From Orbicella franksi (Eukaryota): a stretch of DNA of 64,000 nt. How positions within the stretch are numbered: position 1 is the first letter of the stretch; every line of letters begins with the position of its first letter. Shown piece by piece: positions 41,801 through 53,800 of this stretch. Location of the stretch: NCBI GenBank assembly GCA_964199315.1, contig OZ116707.1, positions 30,504,001-30,568,000 on the forward strand, in the 5' to 3' direction. The translations under genes were made by a program, and so were the position numbers. The notes below the pieces were generated by a model, which was given only the letters and a program-made list of their open reading frames with translations, was not told where the DNA came from and made no database searches.

Positions 41801-44800
41801 CCTTCAAATATTCACTTGCATAAATAAAAAAAATCATCGCGCACCTCCAATGATTGCTTTCACCTAACCAAATAATATGCTTGATAGTTCCGCGTACAGT
41901 CTACTTCATCTGTCAGGTATGTAGTTATATTTGTTATCTCTTGCTTGTTCCAGGTATCAGAGGCAAGGGCTACAGGGGAGACATTGCTATTGACGATCTT
42001 AGCATTGCTCTTAAGCCGAGCTGTAGTTTGTATAGTGGATCACTGCCAGCGGCAGGCTCCACTGTTGCACCTGTCACCACAGCAGCCCCCAACAACTGCT
42101 TAGTATCTCAGTTTGCCTGCGTTGGTAACGGCAATTGTATTCAGCTTGGCCAGGTCTGCGACTTCAACTTGGACTGTGATGATGGCTCTGATGAAAGATC
42201 TTGCCGTAAGTACTACAACGTACTTTGTTCTGGAGGCATGAATCCTCTAGCTTTTGCTTTCTTAGTAGTCATATGCCCTAGTTAGGTAGCTATCGTGTCC
42301 ATCCCAAATTAAACACATTTTGCAATAGGTATAACCTCTTGTTATCACAAATGTGTCGTAGACAGTAAACGTGTCTTTCTTAACAGCTACCGTTTGCACA
42401 TTTGAGAAAAACCAGTGTGGCTGGGTGAACACCGACAGAGACAACTTTGACTGGCAGCGCAAGCAAGGCAGAACTCCAAGCATTGGAACAGGCCCCTCTG
42501 TTGACCACACAACTGGAACAAATCTAGGTTATTACTTGTATATAGAGACTTCATTTGGCAGTGTTGGTGACCGTGCCAGGCTGGTCAGTCCTCTTTTCCA
42601 AAAGGTAGGGAATGCATTTTGAAATTTGGAACAGGACATTGAGCAAAAATGGTATTTCTCGACCTTTTGTTTTTGATAAACGATTAACACCCCTAAATAA
42701 AAAGACCCACTAACTAAAATCAGCCAATACGAATGCTTCATTACCAGTCCAGAGTTTTATATTATTTGTCTGTAATTATTTTGTTATTCTTACCAGGCTC
42801 ATGCCAACTGCAAGATGACATTCTGGTACCACATGTATGGTTCATCCATTGGCTCTCTCAATGTCTACCTAAATGTTAGCAATAGATTGACTCTTTGGTG
42901 GCGGAAGTCTGGTAGCAAGGGCAATGTGTGGAAACAGGGGATGGTGGGAATCGGGAAGAAAACCCGGCCTTTCCAAGTTCTCTTCCAAGGTAAGAGGGGT
43001 TTGCCTTCAAAGTGCTTAGAGTTAAATACCTGTAATCACCCACATATTAGTGGAATATTAGGCCAGCTGCGCATGGTCAATATTTTGCCCCATAGAAGTG
43101 AAGATGTATACTTACTTTGTGATGACTGAGTGCAAGAGGAGTTTTAAGATACACTTATCTGTTGCTTTGGCAAAAAGTTGTAAGTGGGTCACACCTAAAC
43201 TATGCAGGACTTCAGTGAGTTTGTCTTTTGAAACTCAGCAGTGTCAGGACAAATCTGGAACAAAATAGCATCCCATTAAAGCAGAAGTATTGTATTCCTT
43301 TGTCAGGCACACGAGGCCGATCCTACTCTGGGGACATAGCTGTGGATGATATTCAGTTTGTTGATTGCGCGCTTCCTCCGGTTGCAAAGAGTTGTCCAGA
43401 ATTCACCTGTACCCGGAAATCTTGTGTGAAAAATGACTATGTCTGCGATTATAACGACGACTGTGGGGACAACTCTGATGAAAGAGCCTGTGGTACGACA
43501 ATTTGTTTGTTTTTGTTTTGAAAATCCTAGTGCAATGTAATTATGCTGAGCGTTTCAACTGATCATAACGTATGTTCATATATTTTTGTTAATTTGAGGT
43601 AGGAACTACTAAACGTTATTCATCGTGGTGGTCTGTAGGGACTATAACCACTGTCTTTGGTAACAGATTGTCACAAGGATCCATTTAAATTGGGATTTAG
43701 TGTATTTAATAGTACCAACTTCACATCTGTGGTATGTATCCTTTTATCTTAGGTGCTTACGCCACACGATGTGATTTTAGTCAAGGACCTTGCGATTGGA
43801 CTCAGAGTACTGAGGATGACTTTGATTGGTTACGAAGGCGGGGTAAGTGCTTCCAGAAAGTGTGACAATGACAATGGCAAAAACAGNNNNNNNNNNNNNN
43901 NNNNNNNNNNNNNNNNNNNNNNNNNNNNNNNNNNNNNNNNNNNNNNNNNNNNNNNNNNNNNNNNNNNNNNNNNNNNNNNNNNNNNNNNNNNNNNNNNNNN
44001 NNNNNNNNNNNNNNNNNNNNNNNNNNNNNNNNNNNNNNNNNNNNNNNNNNNNNNNNACAGTAACAGTAACAGTAACTTTATTTCCGTGTGACTGTATGTA
44101 GCTATACAATAAGCGACTCGTGGCAGTTGTCTTCCATTAACAAATGTCGGCCTTGTATGTTGTTTTTTACATACTTCAGGTGCAACAGCCTCGTGGAACA
44201 CTGGCCCACCATCAGATCACACCACACAGAATGGCTACTACATGTACATTGAAACCTCGTGGCCTCGTAAATATGGTGACAAAGCATGGATGGTGAGCCG
44301 AAACTTCCAAGCAATAGCTTTTGGCTCACCTCCTTGTAAACTTCGCTTCTTTTATCACATGTATGGCGACTCAGCAGAGAAACTGACTGTTTATATCAGG
44401 AATTACCAGAATGGCACTGCTCAGCAAAAAGTGTGGAGCCAAGTGGGCTCACAGGGTGCGATGTGGAACAGGGCAGTGGTGCAGTTGTCTTCCAACAAAA
44501 ACTTCCAGGTTAAATTCAATTCTCCTTCTTGTTATTTGAATTCCATTAATTTTAAATTTTAACCATACGTTTTTTTGACATAACGTTTGATGGGACTGGG
44601 ATTTGATGTGATTGCGCTGTATTGGGCTTTTCAGGTGATATTTGAAGGTGTTCGTGGTGACAGCTATACTGGTGACATTGGTTTGGATGATGTGTCCTTC
44701 ACTACTGGCTGTAATACATTTGGTGGAAATCTCCCGGTAGCTCCACCACCCACCCCAACTGCTCAGCCAGCAACCACAAGTCCACATCAGTGTAGCAGTG

Positions 44801-47800
44801 CAGAGTTCAATTGTGCCAAACAGGGCCCTGCTGCATGCATCCTTAGCACACAGGTGATAAGTTGATTAAACTTCACACATTCACAATTGTAGACAGAGTT
44901 CCTACTGATAGCAATGGGTTTACAGTTCTCTAATCTCGATAGAACCACCCACACGAAAGCCTAGTTAACCATCTTTGTTGTTGTTTAAGTGAACCCATTT
45001 AGTAGAGAATGAAACCGCTAGAACACCTATCAAATTATGACCTTGGTGACTTATGAGGTTCGTGCTCTGTTGGCCATCACGGGCACGTACACATGTAACA
45101 CTCACGCCAACAGATTTCCTCATTTTTGGTAATGTTTCTTTTTGCTCAGGTATGCAACTTCCAAAACGATTGTCAAGATGGTTCAGATGAAGGAAAGTGT
45201 GTTAACTCTCGCTGTACATTTGACAGTGGTGACCTCTGTAATTGGTATGTAGATAACCCCACTCGCAAGCGACGTGATGTAGGATATACCTGGCTGGCCC
45301 AGCAGGGATCTACAGGCACTGCTGGAACGGGACCCACCAAAGACCACACAACAGGTACTAGACATCTAACATCTGGATATTTGCAGTAGTCCTATGCTCT
45401 TGATTTGCTATGACATTGGTAGATAACTTGCACATTACAACGCGATGACAGGAAATGTTTGATTCTTTATTGGGGGTAAAGGACAGCTGTCCTCATCCAT
45501 ACATGTAGTCACTTATCCAGATCATGTAGCAATTGCAATTGTGTTATATGTGACAGGAAGCGTAGCTGGCTGGTATATCTATGCAGAAAGCTCTGGTGGC
45601 TCAGCTGACGATAGGGCACCATTGACAACACCTAGGATTGGACAAACAGGACCACAGTGCGTCCTATCTTTCTGGTACCACATGCGTGGCTCACATGTTG
45701 GAACACTCTCAGTAAAACTTGCCTTCCCGGACGGAACGAAACCGACTATATGGAGCAAAACTGGAAACCAGGGCGACAAATGGCAGAACAGCCGTCTGGT
45801 CATTGGCTCGAGGCAACTCTTCAAGGTATGGGTTTGGCAGCAGATATTGGAAATTGATGGTAATTTTCCCAATTGGGATTGTCAGCCACCAGTGTGTGAT
45901 ATTTCTGCAATGTGAAAATTCTTTTTTCTTTAATTTTTTTTTTTTTGGAAAAACGTTAAACTTTACTGGGTAAATCGAAATGTTACCAGTTACGACAGTG
46001 AAAATGACTATCAGAGCAAACCTTTGTCTCGTAAAGCCCTCGCTCTGTTCGTTGACCGACTGCTACTTCAAGTTCTAAGTTGTAACAAAAATTACACACT
46101 TGTAGTAAAGATTTCACAATCCGTCAAATGATCACGGCCCATTCTTATTCTTCGAATAATTATATGTTGTTTTGTACTTCGTAAATGTGATTTTAAGCTC
46201 TTCTGTGAAATATTCCTATAAACGGTTATTGCAGAACTGTTTGTAATTCAGGTGACTGCTTCTTTAGGTTATCTTTGAAGCGAGGAAAAATTCTGGTTAC
46301 AAAGGTGATATCGCTTTGGATGATGTTGAATTCCTAAAATGTCAGCCATTGGACACCACTAAGAAGTGCACTGCCGATCAATTCCAGTGAGTAGAAATCA
46401 CAGTATTTAGACAAAACATACCTGTACCGATTCCGTGTATTTCTTTTATAGATCCGAAGAAATGACTTGTGACTTTGTGACTTGTAAACTGCTTGCCAGA
46501 CTTTAAATGTTCTATGCAGCAACACTTCTGTATATCTCAGATTAACAGGGTATTCTTGTAGCCAATCTTTTAAGCTCGTAAATCAGACTGTTGCTGTTTC
46601 ACTGCTCGTGCTTTAACTCATTGCAAATAACGTATTCTAAAATTACGCACGGTAGGATTCAACGCTGTCACTGTTCTCAGTTGAGCCTGCATCCGTAAAA
46701 AGTAGTATTATTTTGGCCTTGCAATAGGTACTGCAGCGCTTCTGAAAGATTGTCTGTTGGCCATGTGCAACCTTGGAACACTCTATGCTAAAATGCAGTG
46801 GTCGAGAAAACGTTCCAAAGGCCTCTGCTAACCTCTTTTTCAAACTCTTTATTTTGCCAGGTGTGCTCAAGGTGGATGTATTCCTGTGACTTCTCTGTGT
46901 GACTTCAATGCTGACTGTATGTCTGGTGATGTATCGGATGAGACTAGCTGTGCTGCGTATCAATCTGGACAGTGTGATTTTGAGCATGGCTTGTGCCTGT
47001 ACTCACAGAGCTATGACGACAAGTTTGACTGGACTGTGGCTACTGCTGGAACATATTCGTATGGTACCGGCCCCTCCTTTGACCATACAACCATGACAAA
47101 CAAAGGTACCAGCATTTAGATGTCAGGTTCAACTTAAAAAATAAATATGTGGTAATTACATTAGAAGAACATTTATCCCATAAAAAAATGAAAACGAATG
47201 CTACATTTTGAAATGATGTGTTTTCCTGGAGGATGTTAGCAAAGAGACTAGTATGCACGTTAATGGGATGTAATGTAATTTTTCTGAGTTTCATTGTTAT
47301 TTGGTAAGCTCAGCAACAAGGAGAGAATGCGCGGTCACTTGTCCAGATTAGCGTTGTAGTTGTTGTTTTTATAGCCACTGCCAAAATTCAGTCCTAATTG
47401 AGCCTTAGCCGGGATGGAAACGTGTAGTCACTATGAAATGTTTTATATTAGTGATAATACCAAGTTACATCAGCTACCCTTGAAACCCTTGGTCAAACCC
47501 TTGGCTTCCCCTCTAAATATTGTAATTTATTTTTTTATTTGTTTATTTAATGTTTGTGGATTAACCTCTTTAGGTCGCTATATGTACATTGAGACATCAT
47601 GGCCACGTAAACCGGGAGACAATGCTCGTTTCAACTCACCGATCCTAAAGAGTACCTCTTCTAACTGCTACCTGCGATTCTACTACCACATGAAGGGTAA
47701 CCATATTGGTAGCCTGCTCGTTCGCATCCGCACAAGCTACTATTCAGGAGGCATCAACAGTCCTCTGTTGAACATTACCGGAGCTCAAGGTGACTTCTGG

Positions 47801-50800
47801 TATCGTGCCATGGTGCGAGCTCCATACAGTCGTGACGACTTCCAGTTCGTGATTGAAGGTGTACGAGGAAGTGGTTACCAGGGTGACATTGCTATTGATG
47901 ACGTTTCGCTGACAACTGGCTGTCAGATATGCAAAGACTGTACCATGCCAGGTAGGTTGTTTCGTTATATGACGATTTTCACAAATGACTATTACAATTT
48001 AATTGCCTTTAGGGAAGGAAAACTAACATCATATTCGTGCTTTCCCTCTAGGTCAACCAACATCGACTCCATTTGGTTTTCACACGCGGCCAACTGGTTC
48101 ATCTTGTGGTCTACAGCAGTATGTGTGTAAGAACCTCAGATGCGTTGACAAAGCTCAAATATGTAACTTCCAAGACGATTGTGGAGACAACTCGGACGAA
48201 ATTCCTTGTGGCTCAAATTGTACATTTGAGGGTGATTGCTATAAGGGCTGGAGACAGTCTGCAGGATCTGACAACTTTAACTGGAAGAGGAAAAATGGAA
48301 AGACACCGAGTGTGGGGACAGGACCCAGCGCTGATCACACCCTGGGAACACCGCAGGTACATTGTTACAGATCATGTTACGCGCAATGGTGAATGCAGAG
48401 AGGCCTCTGTACTTAACTGAGTCAAGACACTCGCCATGTCCCCTTCCCCATAACTTTTAAATGACCCTTCTTTTTCCAAGAAGTGATACAGATTCATTTG
48501 TAATGTGCGAAGTTTTAATTCGTACCCTTCTTCTCCCACTAGGGATACTACATGTACATTGAAACATCTTCTGGCAGTGTAGGAGACAAAGCAGAGCTTA
48601 CATCATACAGGTATTTTGTGTCAAGCCCTAACTGCAGGATGACACTTTGGTATCATATGTTTGGATCAGGGGTTGGACAATTGGACGTCAAGATAAAGAA
48701 ATCGGATGGAACCTATGAGCTCAAATACTCCGTGGCTCAATCTCAGGTAACATCATGGTTATTGCACTACTTGTGAACCATTTCTACGGCTTAAAGGCCA
48801 CACTGCGCGTCTACCTCTACAGAAACTATCACTCTCGTGCAAATCTCTCTCTATTCCTACTTTGGCGGCAAACATAACAACATTTACTGAAATGCTATGA
48901 TTTGCATACCAAATTTTTGACGATTGTACTTCACCTCATAGTTTGGTTTATAAGGCATTACATCCCACCCATCATACTTCAAAGTGTTATACACATTAAA
49001 ACGGATTCCGCTCAAAGTTCGAGCTATAAGTGCAAAAATGATATACTAAAAATCTACTAATAGCAAGGTAACTTTTGGAATACATTAGTTAACGCCCAAG
49101 TCGCTAGTGGAAGGAAGGTGCCTACGAAGCCCGGGGGCTGCAACCGCAGTCACATCCCCAAGGCGCTAGAACACCCGACTGGCCTGCCCAACCCGCAACC
49201 AAGCCACGAGCCTCCCCGCGCCAAGCCCCCTACAGGCACCCGTCACACTCAAGCCAGATGGCATTGGTGGAAAAAAAAAACGCTGAAAAGAGGGGGGGAT
49301 AGGGAGGGAACGTCGAGAACCGCTAAACTATAATTCAATCCACAACGCCACACTAACAGAGCGATGAACACACTGCGAGCACATGGGACGACAACACACG
49401 TACTAACCAAAAATACCGCTGGACAATGTCAGCCCCAGGGCTCTCACGACCATATGACTGCTGCAAACGCTACAGAACGCACCAAACGCTAAACAAACGC
49501 TAACAGATGGCCAAGGCACTATCAAACGCCTACAAAAAAACGCTACTGACCAGACTAGCTCCTGGTCATAAACTATGTAAAATTTCATTGAACTATATCA
49601 AACGCTACAGAACGCACCAAACGCTCACAGACGGCCAAGACACTAACAACCGCCTATAAAAACGCTACTGACCAGACTAGCTCCTAGTCGTTAACTATGT
49701 TAAATTTCATTTAACTATATTTAATTTCTCTAAGTGACCCCGTGATTAAATTCTCAAGCGTTCTCGAGAAAGTTAAAGCGAAACCTCGTAAGAATGCTTA
49801 GAGTGTGTGTTCTTGTGTTTTTTAACTAACGCGAAACGTCTGTGTAATTGAAATATGGATAACTTCAAGTTTAATTTTCTCTCTCGGGATCACCTTGAGA
49901 GATTTAGTCTCGATAAGTTCTTCTTTACTGTGTTCCAAAAAGTACCATGCTATCAGGTTTTTTTGGTAACTTAATTTTTGCCATTATTGCTCGAATGTTC
50001 TGCGGAAATCATCTTAACAGCTGCATGCACTAACAGTAAATATCAATAGGATGATTCTGCTAATTTGTATCCAGTTGTTGTCGCAAATAATGTACTCCTT
50101 GTACGCCACAGGGTAACAACTGGAAAAAGACGACGATTGATATTGGTACATACAAGGACTTTGTGATCATCATCCAAGCTACTCGTGGATCGAGCTGGCA
50201 GGGCGATATTGCTATAGATGACATATCTTTCAGCAACTGCTTTGCGGATGTTGCCAGGAACTGTACTCAGAGTGAAGTAGGTTTTTCCGTTATTTTTTGA
50301 CAACGAAAGACGTTTTACGTAGATACATACTGACGATTTTAAAAAGTGGTAATTAGAGAGGAGACAACACAAGTCAGTCGGTGTTTTAAGGATGTTTTGT
50401 TTTCTTCTTTGCGTCTATGACTCCTGTGAGCCATTCACTGGATTTTGCCATCGGATGAATTATTCCCTCTTTTCTTTACAGTGCAATTCAAGCATTTTCA
50501 TTTTGATTTGAAATTCACATTCGGTTACTTTGGGCAATGTGATGTGGTCTTCCCTTTAAAGGCAGCAGACTTGAACGAAAGCTTACATTTTGCACCCTTT
50601 CTGAAGGGTATTTTTACCCTAGATCCGGATGATGTCTGCAGCGTAATGTCTGCTTACAATAGACCAATCCTACACTCACACAGTGTTTTTCTTTGTTGCG
50701 TCATTCAAGGTCAAATGTGCCGATAGTGGCCATTGTGTAACGGAACAAAGAGTCTGCGATCATGTTAAGGACTGTAAGGATGGCACTGATGAAAGCTCAG

Positions 50801-53800
50801 CACTCTGCTCCAGTCGTAAAGCAAGTTGTGACTTTGAAATCAACTGGTGTAACTGGTTTAACTATTGGTCTGATGATTTTAATTGGTTGCGTGGAAGTGC
50901 CATCGGAACAACCGGAACAGGTATGGAATAGGATTTCAGCGGAAAGCCCAGTTAATGGTGATGAAAGACATACCGTTTTAAAATTTAAAATTCGGGTAGC
51001 CAGGGTTTGTATCTAGTTGTAAACACTTTCCACGTTGTAGGCAAAAATTATAAGTCGCAGGCTTGGTTTGCTCAAAGCAATTCATGTCATCGACCTTCCG
51101 AAAGCTTGTGGCAAAGTTGTACCGGTCCTTCATTTAGGAAGTAGCTTTCATAAGTTTGATTAGTTAACTTCTGTCCACACAAAATCAAGAGTATAGAAAT
51201 GAGCCCACATGGATGATGTGACGAGATTTGTAAAATTTGGGTTGCATTACATGTAAAATGATCTTTTTCAAAGTGAATAACACAGTAAGGTTGACTCTTT
51301 CTTAAGAGGGACATCATTGGTTGGTGCGTTGCTCCTGTCTGTAACTTAAAATAAACGCTTTGTAAAACGAACACGTATCTAAGATGGACAACTAGGGCCG
51401 GTGCTGAGAGTTTCTGTGCTTCTCAGAATTAATTGACACCTCACCTTACTGTGCGAACATTCGTACATATATATGTGGTTAATGAATGTCTTTGTAAATT
51501 TCACATAGGTCCAACAGGAGACCATACCACAGGAACTGGTTATTTCTTGTACATGGATTCATCAAGCCCCAGGCAACTGCTTGACCGCACGAGGCTGGCC
51601 CACCGTAATTTGTTCCCTGCTGGTCGCGGAGTATGTACTCTAAGATTTTACTACAACATGTACGGGTCAAAGCTGATGGGTTATCTCAAGGTGTACCTGT
51701 TGACGTCGGGCTACAGTCGCTGGGCAGAAGTTTGGAAAACAAGAGGTGCGTGCTATCAGAAACATGCTCGTCTACCATTCTTTTGTAACTACTTCAATTG
51801 GTTTTGCCTTCTTTGGTGTAGTATCCCATGATGGCTGACCCTTTCAGGACTCTTGCGGCTGATTGAAATTCAGTAGGCTTCAGTGTCTTTTTCACGAGCC
51901 TATAGACAGAGGAACTGATCTATGACACGTCAGTTTAGAATGATGTGGAGAAAAAGTAGTTATAGACAGTGACTTTCGCAAACGAAATCGTTACAGCAGG
52001 CAGCTGTGATTGAGAAAGGTGTCAAAACGTTTAAGCAACTATATTTATACAAGGTCGTGTTTACAGCAAAACAGGCGAGGTGTCTTGTACATAAAATAAG
52101 TAAGAGATTGAGACAAGTTGTCTTGTGTTTGCAGGTGATCCAACCAATAGGAACTGGGTTCGTGCTGAAGTTCAGTTGAACTCGGGCTCTTCCTTCAGGG
52201 TTGGATTTGAAGGTATTGTTGGAGGAGATGACAAGACAGATATTGCTTTGGACGATATCAGCTTTTCAGCTGGCTGTTACAAGGTACATCTGTTGCTTCA
52301 CTACGTAGACTTACCACAAGTCGACCTCATGAGTTTCAGGGTAGAATAGCTAAGCGAGCGGAGCGAGCTGAGCGAGCTGTGAGGTTTTAACCCTCGAAGC
52401 GGCGTTGTGAAGGTCGCGAGGCTGCCGAGCGAGCGACGAAGTCGCGGGAGGTACTGCGGGAACTGAATAAACAAGACGAAGGACTTTTCTGAAAGTCTAT
52501 TCACTACCGTGTTATCACGGTTGTCCAGTGGTAAACAGTAGAATTGTAAGGCCTGTATTAACATATACAGATATTTCTTAAGCTTGAGTGGCAGTCTCAC
52601 TTTCAGTATCAATGTTCAAACTAAAATCAGGTAGTACACCGTGCAATTTGACTTTTGGAAGAAATATGAGATTTTTTTAATTGCTGGATAGACTATGAAT
52701 ATTCAGGCACTCAGGACACAGATCTGTAGCAAAAACGCGAAATCGTGAAAGGAGAAGCTGCGTTTTGAAATATAGAAACGTATAGGTCTGGACAAGGCCC
52801 TTAAGCAAGTATCATCTTTTTAGGGAGGTAGCCCTCCAGCCCCAACAGGCTCTGCACAATGTGCCAGCAATGAGTTCTACTGTAAAGCAGATGACTTGTG
52901 CATCAACATCAACTGGAAATGCGACGGAGAAAGAGATTGCACAGATGGCGCTGATGAGGATCCGCTAAAGTGTCCATCTTCTACACAGCAACCTACTCCG
53001 CCTGCAGGGTCATCCCATCCTGGAGACTGCGACTTCGATAAAGACATGTGTCTCTGGAAGTCTGCCAGGTTCGCAGATTTGACATGGACACGAAATAAGG
53101 GCCAGACACCCAGCTATCAGACCGGCCCAGATGGCGATCACCCGTCAGGTTCAGGTAATCAAGTGGACATTGTCTACAGGTAGTGCAAAAATGTTACCGG
53201 TACTTAATAAATTGAGATTAACGGTGAGGTTAATGAGGGAAAGATCATGATATAAGCAAATTCAAGCCCTTGTCGTTCTGGGTAGTTGTTGAACGTAGGA
53301 ATGTCAGAATAGTTCTTAATTCTAATTTTACAAAATGCATGAAACGGACCATTTGACGCTAATTCACTGTGCTGTTCGTTATAGGATACTATGTTTACGC
53401 TGAAACCTCTGGCTATTATTTGGGCCACTTTGGAGAACTTTTGGGTCCCAACTTACGGCAATCTGCGACTTGCCAGATCTACTTCTGTTATAACATGAAC
53501 GGCAAAGACATGGGAACCCTAAATATCTACCAGCGCTTTACAGATGATCCCAAACCTGATCAGACACAGAAGAGAGTCTGGACGAAGAGTGGCGATCAGG
53601 GAAACAAATGGCGCTGCACTTACGTTAACATCCCAAGTAAGAGACAGTACTCCATTGTGTTTGAAGCTGTTCGTGGTAATGGCTATCGCTCTGACATCGC
53701 TATTGATGACATCAAGTTTGTTTACTGTTCTCCTCTTGGACCCACTCCTGGCCCAACACCTAGCCCCAAGCCTAATCTGATGGATGAAGATTTTGAGGAC

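Noticed and set aside
43830-43845. WLRRRG (MAM24) and FTRRRG (MAM32) as additional furin sites
   Set aside because: They lack Arg at P4 and lie in the basic patch common to these MAM repeats.
34344-49720. Tandem repeats as CRISPR-like arrays
   Set aside because: No unique spacers and no cas genes, in a eukaryotic intron context.
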